Positions 19,327 to 30,294 of a stretch of 64,000 nucleotides of DNA are shown one piece after another. A program made the position numbers and the translations under genes. Source of the DNA: Candidatus Bathyarchaeota archaeon (GTDB taxonomy: Archaea; Thermoproteota; Bathyarchaeia; 40CM-2-53-6); NCBI GenBank assembly GCA_963780265.1, contig CAWABQ010000018.1, positions 2,558-66,557 on the forward strand, given 5' to 3'. The notes under the pieces were generated by a model. It had not been told where the DNA came from and ran no database searches. It worked only from the letters and a program-made list of their open reading frames with translations. Position 1 is the stretch's first letter. Every line of letters starts with the position of its first letter.

Positions 19327-20784
19327 ATGGAAACCGATTATGATGTAATAATTGCTGGGGCCGGAATTGCTGGAATGATTACTGCAGCATCTGCTGCAAA
19401 GCATTCTAATCAGAATCTTAAGATCCTCGTCGTGGACCGAAACCCCAGGTCTGAAGCGGGCATGAAAACCTCGACTGGTTGGGTTTGTGGAGACGCCGTT
19501 AGCAAAGCCAGCCTAGATTACCTAGCCTCCGAGGTCGGGTTACACTACGGGGAACCCGAACTTGAGCGGCCCGTTCATGGAGTAGTCGCCTACTCGCCAG
19601 ACCATGAGTCAAAAGCTAAGTTCGAGGGGCCGGGATTCGTGTTAAACCGCAAGCTTCTCCCCCAGAGGCAGTTGAAGGATGCGGAGAAACTTGGGGTAGA
19701 GTTCCTCTTCGAAGCCTATGCTGATGCGCTTGTGGAAGAGGACGGTTTCATCACGGGCATACATTGCAGATCCTCAAAGGACAACTCGACGTTCAAGAAA
19801 ACTGCGAAACTGGTCGTAGACGCTACGGGATCAGCTTCACGGCTTCGAACAAGCCTTCCGATAAAGAGCTACATTGAGAAGGAAATCGACAAGGAAAATG
19901 ACCTGGAATCAACGGGACGATATATTCTCAGATTTGAAGTCGGCAAGAAAGACGGAACTTTCTTCGACCCCGATTGCTGCATTATTCATCTGGATCAAGA
20001 GATAGCGCCAGGAGGGTACGCTTGGGTATTTCCCAAAGGCGAGGACAAGGTCAACATAGGCCTCGGTATTCAGAAGCGCCTTCTTGAGCGGCGAAACAAG
20101 GATTTGGGGCGAAACGATACCCTGCAATCGCTAATCGATGAGTATGTGCGCAAGAATCCTGTCATCAAGAACTGGAAACTGGCTGAAGGCTCGGAGGATA
20201 AAGGAAATGAGAAGGGGAGCTGGCAGGTGCCGGTTCGAAGGCAGAACGATTGCTTGGTAGCAAACGGGTACATGATTGTTGGCGATGCCGCTTGGATGCC
20301 ACGGCCAATCGACGCTGGAGGGATTGGGCCCGCAATCTACGCTAGCACCATGGCGGGTAAAGTGGTTGCTGAAGCTTTGCAGGCGAATGACACTTCTGAG
20401 CGGAGACTTTGGAAGTTCAACATTGAGTATGTAAGGGCGTACGGTTACAAGATGGCCAGCTTCGAGATTCTCAGGCGTTTCCTTCAGATACTGAGCAACG
20501 CCGACCTGAACTATGGGATGAAACATTTTCTCAGCGAAGATGATGTAGATAGCATCATTCGGAGGGAGCATCCAGAATTCAAACGCGTCGACTTTGTAAG
20601 CCCTTCAAGGATTCTCTGGGCTCTACCACGCCTGGCTTTGGCGAGGGGATTGCGATACACGGTAGAAAAGAGTATGACGCTAATTCAACATTACATGAAC
20701 TACCCATCCTCGCCGGATAGCTTTCCTGAATGGCATAGCAAGTTAATGGCGGAAATGCACGAGGCTTACGCACGATTCTCCTAG
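19327..20784 (+). CDS. FAD-dependent geranylgeranyl reductase family protein
   Basis: DYDVIIAGAGIAGMITA dinucleotide-binding motif and a GDAAW motif. 485 aa. Confidence 0.8.
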   Translation: METDYDVIIAGAGIAGMITAASAAKHSNQNLKILVVDRNPRSEAGMKTSTGWVCGDAVSKASLDYLASEVGLHYGEPELERPVHGVVAYSPDHESKAKFEGPGFVLNRKLLPQRQLKDAEKLGVEFLFEAYADALVEEDGFITGIHCRSSKDNSTFKKTAKLVVDATGSASRLRTSLPIKSYIEKEIDKENDLESTGRYILRFEVGKKDGTFFDPDCCIIHLDQEIAPGGYAWVFPKGEDKVNIGLGIQKRLLERRNKDLGRNDTLQSLIDEYVRKNPVIKNWKLAEGSEDKGNEKGSWQVPVRRQNDCLVANGYMIVGDAAWMPRPIDAGGIGPAIYASTMAGKVVAEALQANDTSERRLWKFNIEYVRAYGYKMASFEILRRFLQILSNADLNYGMKHFLSEDDVDSIIRREHPEFKRVDFVSPSRILWALPRLALARGLRYTVEKSMTLIQHYMNYPSSPDSFPEWHSKLMAEMHEAYARFS

Positions 20785-20838
20785 ACTCGACTGCTATCGA
20801 GAAGCCTGCTCGCCGGCGAGTCCTACCCCTCCGGAAGA

Positions 20839-21294
20839 ATGGACGCATCAAATTCAAATAGGGCCAAGAGTGGACCAGAAATAGGCATTGGAGTGCTCTG
20901 GACAAGAATGCAGGAATTTCTGGCGAAGGTCAACCCGAAGCAGAAGAAGTATTTCACTCAACTACGAACAGCGCTCCGCGAGCTTCCTGAGACTGAAGAG
21001 TCTATTGAAATCGACGACGTTTCGGGGGAATGGTGTCCAGCCTACCGCGTCAAGGGCTCAGACCTAGTTTGGGTTCACTTCGACGAACACTTATGGATCA
21101 ACTTCCCGGTCGAACCGAACTTCGAGAAGAAGGTCCTTCAAGACGAGAACCTCGACACTGAGGTCGTTGATTTCGTGAAAGAAGCTGAGGAGACCGGTGG
21201 CGTCAAATGGGCGACGGTGGAAATAAAGTCCGGCGAACGCGTAGACCAGGTCATACCGCTACTGAAGCTTAGGCACTCCATCCTAGCATCCTAG
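20839..21294 (+). CDS. Hypothetical protein
   Basis: 151-aa ORF with no recognised motif. Confidence 0.5.
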   Translation: MDASNSNRAKSGPEIGIGVLWTRMQEFLAKVNPKQKKYFTQLRTALRELPETEESIEIDDVSGEWCPAYRVKGSDLVWVHFDEHLWINFPVEPNFEKKVLQDENLDTEVVDFVKEAEETGGVKWATVEIKSGERVDQVIPLLKLRHSILAS

Positions 21295-21382
21295 AAGCCC
21301 CATCTGACTCGAGTTGCTTCCTCGGCGGGAAATACGCTGGTTAATACGAACTGTCATATACGCAGAGGTCTGATGATGAGAT

Positions 21383-21802
21383 ATGTCGAACCTTAGTTAC
21401 CAGGGTATTGGGCCGAGGCTCATCGCGCAGGTCATCGATACGGTAGTACTCATTGTGTTATTCTTGTTGGTGGGCTTTGCGCTTTCCGGCTCATTCACTT
21501 TCGAATACCAAGGTGAAGCTGCCTACCCCTTCCTCTCTGCCTACGGCTTAATCGTCCTACTGTACTTCGCAATTCTCGAGGGCACTATGGGCGCAACTCT
21601 TGGCAAGAAACTCGTCAAGATTAAGGTCGTCAGGGAAGATGGGTCCGCGTGTGGGATTGGACCAGCGTTCGTCCGCACCTTACTTCGTATAATTGATGGA
21701 TTGCCATTCCTCTACATCATTGGCATGGTCCTTATTGCGCGATCAGACAAGAAGCAGCGGCTGGGCGACCGCCTAGCTAAGACGGTCGTTGTCAAGGCAT
21801 AA
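21383..21802 (+). CDS. RDD-family membrane protein
   Basis: RLIAQVIDTVVL..., TM segments, and a ...RLGDRLAKTVVV tail. Confidence 0.75.
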   Translation: MSNLSYQGIGPRLIAQVIDTVVLIVLFLLVGFALSGSFTFEYQGEAAYPFLSAYGLIVLLYFAILEGTMGATLGKKLVKIKVVREDGSACGIGPAFVRTLLRIIDGLPFLYIIGMVLIARSDKKQRLGDRLAKTVVVKA

Positions 21803-22018
21803 CGATAACGCGGCTAATCTCAGGGCTCCGCGCCGAAGTCCTGAATCAAGTTAACCTCTATGGTTTGCCTTTGGCCGGTTTCTGATGTGCGTCCACTTGG
21901 CGTCGGGTATTTTTCGAGGTCGGGTTCGGGGACGCTGGCTTCTAGCTGCCAACGAAAAGACTGAATCTTCGAACGGAAAGTCTTTTGAATAATTCGAAAT
22001 CCTAGTCAGCTGACTTTA

Positions 22019-23874
22019 ATGAATCGGTTGATGGCGTTAGTGTTCCTCCTGTTCTTTGCGATATCGCCAGCTCCTTCTGTGAGAGCGACAGATGTACATG
22101 GTGCTAATCTGATCATCAATAGAGTGTTCGGCGGCGCAGGGACCGGGCGGTCCGGTGCTCCCTGGAATTAATGAAACCTTCTATGTGCATGCATGGATCG
22201 CAAATACGGGAGACCAAGATGCCAAAAACTTTACCGCGGTTCTCGACGCAACATGGCAAGGCGTTGCGGGTTCGAGTCCACAGGACATGACGATTCACTA
22301 CGATAGCTTAAGCGCAGGACAGATCAACGACTCGGATCGCTGGGGACCTTTTCGCTCTCCTCAGCCTGCAAATCTTACTCTGACAGCCCAACTTAACCCT
22401 GACCACGCAGTGAGCGAAACGAGTTACTCTGACAATGTTCTCACAGTCAGGATTCCGATTGGAGACCTATTCAATGTGGGTAACGCTCTAACTCTTCAAC
22501 CTCTCTGGTCGGTAAGCGAGAGTCAAAACTTCACACCCGCAGGTACTTCAATCCCGAATTTTGTCTACGGGGCAGTTTCAGGCGACGGCAAAATCGCGCT
22601 AGTTCGTACTGATTCAGGGCACCTTAGAGTTCTCAACAACGGTAAGGTCGTCTCTGACCTGCAGATCGGCTTGGATAACGGCTTCTTCCCATCACTCTCA
22701 CCTTCCGGGAGGTACGTTGCATTAGGTTTCTACTACAAAGTGCAGGTATACGACCTGAACAAAAGCGCGAGTAGTCCCGTGTTTTCAAGGACAGTTAGTC
22801 AGCTGAACATGAGCTTGGCCATTTTGACCGCGATCTCCGATAGAGGCGTGTTAGCTCTGGCTGGTAGTGGTAAATCGACCGGGGGAAACGATTTGGTATC
22901 TTTCGGTTCTCTCACTGAAGTGGATACGGCGACGGGGAAGGTGCTCTGGTCGGAGAACTTTGACAAGGACTTGTTGAACCTGGGGCAAGGACAATATTAC
23001 ACGAACTGGATATCCTCGCTCGCATTTGATGACGCTGGCGACCTCGTCGTCGGTGTACGGGACGCTTTCTCTAGCCCTGATCACTTTTCTCTAGCAATCT
23101 TGCACGAACCTCATCCATGGCTGTATTTGTTTCATCCTGACGGATCGGTCGCTTGGAAAAGTGACCTACCCTCCTCTGTGGTGAGTGGCATGTCTGCAGT
23201 CTCAACGAATGGCAACTCAATAATGGTAGGCACATACTCGGGTTTGTTTTACTTCTTCGATATCCATCAAAATCTGAACCTCGCGTTCTACCACGGCTTA
23301 GGTGTCGAAAGTGGACAAAAGTATTGGAATTATCCAGTGCAATTTACTCTATCGCCTGAGGGGGACTGTGTCGTCATCTCTGATTCGCGGAACATCTATG
23401 TTCTAAACGCTTCTGGCACTCCACTCATCAAGTTCCCGGTGGCAAATGTCACTGGCCTTTCAATGGGAAGCGGTTACCTTCTAGTTGGAAGGGTAGGCGG
23501 CGCAATGATGGCAAGCTTGTGGGGACCAGTAAATGACACCATAAGTGAGGCTAGCGCGGGTATAGATTCGGCGAAAAGTAAAGGTGCTGATGTCGCTCGA
23601 GCTGAAGGCTTACTTACTTACCCAGGCTCAATCGGCCCAGTTGGAAGGAGATTGGTTCCAAGCCTATAATGCGGCAACGCAAGCGATCACAGCTGCTGAA
23701 GAGGCTACAGCCTCTGTTACTCAAACTACATCTACGAGCCTCTCAACGTCTTCTTCGAGTGTCGGCATTTCGCAACAGCCTATTCCCTCAGGATTGGTGG
23801 CAGCTATCGCTCTAGTTGTCGTTTTGGGTGCTGTTGTTGCCTTCGTATTTCTCAGACGTAGAAGAAACGCATGA
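22019..23874 (+). pseudogene. Surface protein (signal peptide, CARDB-like domain, beta-propeller-like repeats, helical stalk, C-terminal TM) with two frameshifts
   Basis: The signal-peptide ORF (22019-22171) and the main ORF join if one G is removed from GGG at 22139-22141. The stalk/TM ORF (23584-23874) joins if one CTTA is removed from (CTTA)3 at 23609-23620. Confidence 0.7.
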
Positions 23875-24029
23875 CTCACCGGAAACCGAGGTAGACCTGA
23901 CGTTAACTTTTGAGCATTTTACGTAGCCCCCGAGCCATTTAGCAGATTTTCGGCGAATCCGGACAAGATCAACAAGAACACGGGACTGTGAGACGATCTC
24001 CAAGTCCCTGATTATGGGACAGTGAGAAA

Positions 24030-24258
24030 ATGTGCCCCAGCTGCCACGCTAAAATGAGGTTCCTGAGGAGAAAAAAGAACATACTCCTACGATGAAGAAC
24101 GGGTGTTTGAATACTACAAATGCGAAAACTGCGGAAGCACCTGGACGCATGACCCCCCCAAGACAGGGACCCGCATCGCCTGGACATGCCAAGCATGCAA
24201 GGCCCGCGGCTACTTCTTGGGACCACGGAACGAGAAAGCAATCCTACTCGAGGCGTAG
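24030..24258 (+). pseudogene. Small zinc-ribbon protein with a frameshift in an A6 run (24071-24076)
   Basis: MCPSCHAKMRFLRRK.. then ..RTYSYDEERVFEYYKCENCGSTW...WTCQACKARG in the +1 frame. An A5 run would restore a single ORF. Confidence 0.55.
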
Positions 24259-24311
24259 TTCGCGAGCTCCGGGTGTACCCCCCCTATAGGGAGGGTACCC
24301 CAGCTAATGCG

Positions 24312-24335
24312 AATGTAGTACTAGGGTACTACATT
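24312..24335. terminator. Perfect 10-bp inverted repeat between convergent genes
   Basis: AATGTAGTAC-tagg-GTACTACATT. A role as terminator is inferred from position only. Confidence 0.3.
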
Positions 24336-24449
24336 GGAGTTTGTGGTGCTACCGGGCAAATGTAATGCACCCTACTCAGGGACATTCTTCACACCGTCAT
24401 AGTACCCGACGCATTCTCACTCCTAGGTTAGAGAACTGGAGAATTACAT

Positions 24450-27400
24450 TTAGGCGGCTGTCCTGTTCTTCATTACGGGCGTTATTTTTCGCAGGATGAG
24501 AGCTGGGGTCAGAAGCAGGGTTTCAACGACTGCCAGCGCGGTTAAGTTCGCTGCCGCGTTGAAGGTTCCTGTGGTTAGTGTGGCTAGGAAGGTTAGGGCG
24601 GCCGCTACTACGACCAGATTGCAGATGGTTCGCTTGGTCATTCTTCGTTTGGATAGCTTCCAAACTAATCCGTAGACTGGGCCGAGATAAATGAGACCTA
24701 GAATGGCGCTTGCGAGTAAGCCAGCTAAGAGAACGGCCAGCTCAGGGCTTGCCGGAGCGAGAGCGGCGAACACCATGTGGCTTACGTATAGGCTTCCTAT
24801 CAGCGGACTGATGAGCATTCGGGTGGCTGCTTTGTAGTTCTCGTTGGGCGCTATCTGTTGAGCTATCGTTGGCGCCCATGAGTAGTACCAGCGGTTGAAC
24901 GCGACCATGAAGTTTGCGCCGAGTGCGGTCTTCTGCACCTCGTTGTCCCTGAAGTTGCGCAGGAACTGAACTGGAGCGGCCAGTTCGCTTCCGTAGGCTG
25001 CTGTTGCAATCACGCACTTAGGCGTCGTGCTGCTTGCTGACGAAGTACTACTGCTACTACTAATGTTCCATATTACGCTAGGATCGCTTAACGCCACCAT
25101 CAACTGAAGCATTTCGAGGTTTGTCTCGACATTCGAATCTAACGGATTGATAGAATGTCCGGTAGCGATCTCCACGTCGAAACCTACGTTCGTGTGGACA
25201 GGTCCATTCCACACGTTCTGAAGATCTGTTTGCTGCTCGTTGTTTCCAGTGGCCCAGAGGTAGAAACTGTTCGCCATTGTCTTATACTTCTCGTCGTTAA
25301 AGAAGTTCCACCCGCTCGCCGTCGTTGTTCCAAGAGCGGCGGCTGCGAAAGTAGACTTTGGATACGGAGATACATTGGGGGCGGCTGATACTGTGTAAAG
25401 AGGGCCCCAATATTGATCATGTGTTCTGTTAACCCAATCGTCCAGCCAAACTTCTATAGCATTTCTAATTTGAGCTTGATTTGGTTGGAATATCGCAGCG
25501 TTATTGAAACCATACAGAGCAAGGCCAAACACAGCCCTACCGTTTGATGAGGAAGACTGATCTACCAACTCAGGGTTATCGTAGAATCCTCCATATCCAC
25601 CCCCACCGGTCCATGTTCTATCCGTGTGGTTCTCTTGGAGTCCAAGCAGCCAGTTGGCAAGCGACTGGGCCCAACCTGCATACATCTGCACATTACGATA
25701 CGCAATTCCACTAGACAAATTCAGCTCATATGTGCTGACAGCAACTAGCGCCGCAAGTAGCTCTCCGTTCTCCGCCAATTGAGTGTCCTGCGTTTCTACA
25801 CCTTGATTTATGTATACGAAATTCCATGACCCGTCACGGTTTTGGCTGCCTTGGTACGAGTTCAACGTTTTTTCTACAACTTTGATGATATTGTCGTAGA
25901 AGGTGTTGTCTGCCGGATCACCGAACCCGTTCCAACGCATCTTCGTAGCCACAATGGCTAATCCCTCAAGCACAGCTGCGTTCCAATAGTACAACTTTCC
26001 AGACCGATCCCCCCACCCATGGTTGCTCAAATCCCAATAGTGGTAGAAGTCGTTGGTTTCGTTCGATTGACTCTTCAGAACGAACTGAAGGGCCACTTTG
26101 ATTTTACCATAAAGATTCGGACAATTTTGACTTCCACACCACGTTGACTCTGTAGAATTCTTGTGAAGCAGTTCCAACTCAAGAGTCAGCGCAAGCGCCA
26201 ATCTGGCGTTACTATCAGTGTATGCGCGAGTTTGATCGCTACTTGTTAGTGCCTCTGCGAAGGTCGTTTGTCCCTGTGTGTAGGTTTGTTCTTGCCCGAG
26301 CAGCCAATAAATCACGTTTATGGTTCTGTCACTCACCGTGGGCATGTTAAAGTTTGCTGACACAGTAACGTCACCATTCATGACAACGCTACAAGGATTC
26401 ACCGACGCACCAGCAGAACAGTATCCCCCATTCCAACTTGAAAATGCCCAACCATTACCAGGCATTGAACTGATTGGGACGCTCTGTCCGGCTTGATATC
26501 GACATCCACTCGGACAGTATGGGTTAACCGATCCACTGCCAGTCGCTACACTAGTTTCCAACGATGGTTCTATGATTGTCAGGCTAAAACTGGTCGCGCG
26601 AGTGGTCGCACCCGCCACTCCGATGACGGTCACTTGATATGTTCCAGGAGCTGTTGAGGTTGATGTACTGACCGTTAGTGCACTTGAAAACGTTGGGCTT
26701 CCTGATGAAGGTTTGAAACTACAAGAAGCGCCGGAAGGAAGACCGCTCGAACAACTCAGACTGACGTACTGAGGAGAACCACTAGTCAAGGTCACAGCTA
26801 TCGAAACTCCAGACCCGACGCCTCCCTGTATGACCGATATGTCACCATTCGCTGTCAAAGTAAAGTCAAACTCAGGAGAGATGGTGACCTCCACTCTATT
26901 CGAGTCAAGACCCGAAACAACATCTTTCACATAGAATGCCTGTTGACCGATAGGAATCTTCGGGCCCACTAACATTGTTCCCGAAGCATATCCGTTGACG
27001 TCGGCGTTGGGTTCCGCTAGGCAAACAGAAGCATCGATATTATCCGTCGTCAAACAAGCGGAGATGGGGCCGTTAGGTGTGAAGCCTTGACCAGTAAAAT
27101 TGATCGACTCTCCTTGCGTATATGTTGTCTTGTCTGTTGAAACAAAAGGTTGGGTTGAAGATGTTCTGGGTGTTGCAATTGTGTTCTGAGCCACGTCGAA
27201 ATACGCAATGGCGCTACTGAAACCGGAACAGAAGTCATCCGCCTGCAAGTTCACCGTCCATCTTCCAACTTTGTCAGCGGTCAGAGAGAACACGTACGAG
27301 GAACTGTATGCGACAAAAGGGATTACGGAAGGCGTACCGGATGGTGGGGAGATCGTCAACATCCCCTCAGCAGGTCTGTTCGCAGTCATCTGAATGGTCA

Positions 27401-27609
27401 CCGTGTCTTCGATTCGATAGGTCGGCTTGTCTGTTGTCACGGCAACCCGCGAGCGGCGGTCCCGTATTGCAGGCGAAAGTACTGGAAGTTACCTGTTGGG
27501 CGGTCTTCCCTAGGATAGGCGTGATAATCAAAGCAACGGAGGGCAAGCTTACGATGAGAATCATAAAAGCAAGCGAACTGGTTCGAGCTTTTGCCTGGCG
27601 GAAGTTCAT
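24450..27609 (-). pseudogene. Large surface protein (Ig-like domains, prenyltransferase/terpene-cyclase-like alpha/alpha toroid, multi-TM anchor). The signal peptide is separated by a 1-nt frameshift.
   Basis: 996-aa ORF plus an upstream ORF (27367-27609) encoding a signal peptide. The two join as ..TGPPLAVAVTTDKPTYRIEDTV if one C of CCC at 27446-27448 is removed. QW-like SQNRDGSW motif. The anchor starts CVIATAAYGSELAAPVQFLRNFRDN. Confidence 0.7.
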
Positions 27610-28553
27610 GGGAACCCCATACGACAGCTGGCTTTCGTTAACTAATTATTCTATGCTTTCGGCCTAGAGAGATTAACTAATTGAGCGGTCAAGCCAAGTC
27701 ATCGTGGGCATTACAGGAAAGCCATCCCATTCGAGGAGTAGTGTCGTTGCGCCGGCATGATCAATGGGCCTTGTTGGTTGCTAGCCTTAACTGCTATTCA
27801 ACGCGTTGAACATGATCGGCGAGGGTCCCGAGGTGTACGTGCCAGCGGGTACCTGTGCACAATTCGGATTTTTGCCACCCCCCATGGGTAGGGGGGGGTC
27901 CCCCCTGTACGGTGTCCTTCTCGCCATGTCGCTTTCTCCGCTGCCGTTGCCTCGCAGTTCTCCTTCTCCCGTTCATGCTTATGTTGCGGATACCAGTGCG
28001 ATCGGAGCATCGGCGGGACCTGGCATCCCGGCCAAGCACACTTCACATCCCGAATCTTGGAACCGACTGCGTCCAGGCTGCGAATCCCGGCCCTTCTCCA
28101 ACATCTCCTTTACAAGCTGCCCTGTTCTAGGAATTGAATCAGAAGGTCACTTCTGCTCCGCCCCGTCAACCTGGCGTAGAGGCTGGCCGTCTTGAGGAAA
28201 CGGGTTGGAAACCGCAGAGACACGGGTTCGCCCAGGGCTGGTACAATTCGAGGCTCATGGCCGCCTGAGCCTTCAGGCCTCCGCTCAACCTAACATCACT
28301 CAGGAAGGCGTCGACTCCTTCCTGCTTCTCAAGGCGCAGGAAATACAACATGGAAGCGAACTGCATCAACATCTAGCAGAGCTCTGTGACTGGGATATCC
28401 AGTTCAGATCGCGAATCTTCGAACGCTCCCCGTCACCCCGCGAGGCACGCGAAGCGACACTACGCTTCGCCTTCCGGGGGACTGCGCAGTAGCGATCCCT
28501 TAACGCCGGCTGCCTTTCCTATTTGAAAAGTGTATGTCATTTGACATGCGGTT

Positions 28554-29351
28554 TCAGTTTTTCCGGGTTGCGTTATCTTTGGTCAAGTATGAATCTGCCC
28601 ACAAATATTCGAAATAGTTTTTCGCGAATTTTGCGAGGCCCATGTGGTCGGACCATATAGCTAGGCTGATCGCCTCATCCCCTTCTTGTCCCAAAAGCAA
28701 GATGACTTCGCGGCCATCGGCGATTATTCCGCCGCCGAACATTTGCTCGCGGACGCGCATCTCACAAAACTTTTCCAGCTTGGCCATAGTTTCACTCATT
28801 GGGCTCTTCATAGTCATTATTTGCACTTTGACGCCCCTTTCCACAATCGTTTTCACTAGTGGAATAAGCATCTCAGCGGTTTCGTCCGGTATTCCGGGAA
28901 CTGCAACTAGGATTTCTTTCTGAACGTGTTCAACGGTCTCCCTGATCTTGGCGAGAACGTTGAAGTCTCCGCGCACAATCCAAATGTCTGGGCGTTCTCT
29001 CACGCCTTTCTTCTCGTATATTGGTTGGAGTTCGTCTAGGACTAATCCCTCGTTCGTCTTGAGCGAGTTCTCAAGTTGGGATTTCGTAATCTCGAGAGCT
29101 ACTGAGGGCGGTTTCGGATAGTACTTGCTTGGCCGCCCATGTTCCATTTCAATCCAACCTTTCTTTTCGAGCGACCCTAGGACTTCGTAGATTTTCGAAT
29201 AGGGCACACCGGAGGCTTCGCTCAACTCGTTTGCAGTTGCGGGGCCAATTTCAAGCAGTGAGGTGTATGAGCGGATCTCGTAGTCAGTTAGTCCGAATTC
29301 TTGGAGCGAACGCCTTACCCTATCGCTTATCGTCAATGTTGGCCGGTCCAC
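28554..29351 (-). CDS. TrmB-family transcriptional regulator
   Basis: N-terminal wHTH LQEFGLTDYEIRSYTSLLEIGPATANELSEASGVPYSKIYEVLGSLEKKGWIE. Confidence 0.85.
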   Translation of the reverse strand: MDRPTLTISDRVRRSLQEFGLTDYEIRSYTSLLEIGPATANELSEASGVPYSKIYEVLGSLEKKGWIEMEHGRPSKYYPKPPSVALEITKSQLENSLKTNEGLVLDELQPIYEKKGVRERPDIWIVRGDFNVLAKIRETVEHVQKEILVAVPGIPDETAEMLIPLVKTIVERGVKVQIMTMKSPMSETMAKLEKFCEMRVREQMFGGGIIADGREVILLLGQEGDEAISLAIWSDHMGLAKFAKNYFEYLWADSYLTKDNATRKN

Positions 29352-29412
29352 GAGTTGTATTGTTGGAGCTTTCTAGCCAGGATTGAATATAAGATTTCAC
29401 TACTGAAAGTGG

Positions 29413-29871
29413 TTAACGATTAGTGTTCTTGTCGTGTTCGTTTGAGAGCCAGTACGATTCCTTCGTTGTGAATTCCTTCTTCCAAATTGGGACTTCCTTC
29501 TTCACTCTCTCAACCGTCTCAGAAAGTGCTGGAAAAACATCCTGGCGATGTTTTCCAAGCACAGCGACGAAGAGGCTTGGTTCACCAACCTCCAAAATGT
29601 CAATGATATGGTGAATCGAGACCTCGAGAACCCCTGGGCGTCTCTTGATCGCGTCTCTAATCTCCTGCATGCGTTTGAGGGCAACCTCGATGTAGGCTTC
29701 GTATTCAAGGCGGACCACCTTCGCCTCAGACGCTCGCACAGGATCTTCGCGGACGACACCGACGAAGCACGCTACTGCCCCGGCCTCATGATAATCAGGA
29801 AGATGAGAAAGGTCGCTCATTATTTGGTTCAGGTTAACCTCCCCTTTCTTGTGAAGTCCGATAACTTCCAT
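29413..29871 (-). CDS. moaE: Molybdopterin synthase catalytic subunit
   Basis: GAVACFVGVVRE...LEYEAY...VSIHHIIDILEVGEPSLFVAV...PIWKKE. Confidence 0.85.
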   Translation of the reverse strand: MEVIGLHKKGEVNLNQIMSDLSHLPDYHEAGAVACFVGVVREDPVRASEAKVVRLEYEAYIEVALKRMQEIRDAIKRRPGVLEVSIHHIIDILEVGEPSLFVAVLGKHRQDVFPALSETVERVKKEVPIWKKEFTTKESYWLSNEHDKNTNR

Positions 29872-29954
29872 CAGAGTGACGCCCGGGAATTAGGTAGTCA
29901 CGCTCAATATGAGAACTGCTCTTTGAAACTGGCGAGCAAAGCCGATTGTCTGAC

Positions 29955-30200
29955 CTACGTTTTCTGCTGTAACTCGTTTTTCATTTTCTCGACGTGCTGG
30001 TTTTCAGTGTCGAACTTTGTTCCGACAATCTGCACTTGGTAGATGCATTTGGATGCGTTACAGAAGTCGCACGGTGGCCCAAACCCTTCGGGGCTTGGTG
30101 ATACCCTAAGCCAGAGCTGGTTAATTCCAGCATACGTAAGGTCAAGTTTGATCTTATCCCGAGCACAGTTTTCGCAAAGATAGAAAGGCATCGCATCCAC
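29955..30200 (-). CDS. Small Cys-rich hypothetical protein
   Basis: 81 aa with CENC ... CDFC pairs. Confidence 0.45.
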   Translation of the reverse strand: MDAMPFYLCENCARDKIKLDLTYAGINQLWLRVSPSPEGFGPPCDFCNASKCIYQVQIVGTKFDTENQHVEKMKNELQQKT

Positions 30201-30294
30201 TGGGGGACGCGATAGGTATCAACCCGTTATTAATACTTCGAATCCGCGAGCCTGTTGACTAAGAGAAAACGCCTTATCAAAACCAACAATCAAA

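Noticed and set aside
21954-21996. Inverted repeat AAAAGACT..AGTCTTTT upstream of the CARDB-like surface protein gene
   Set aside because: It is a short 8-bp stem with a long loop in an AT-rich intergenic region. There is no second copy or context to support a specific function.
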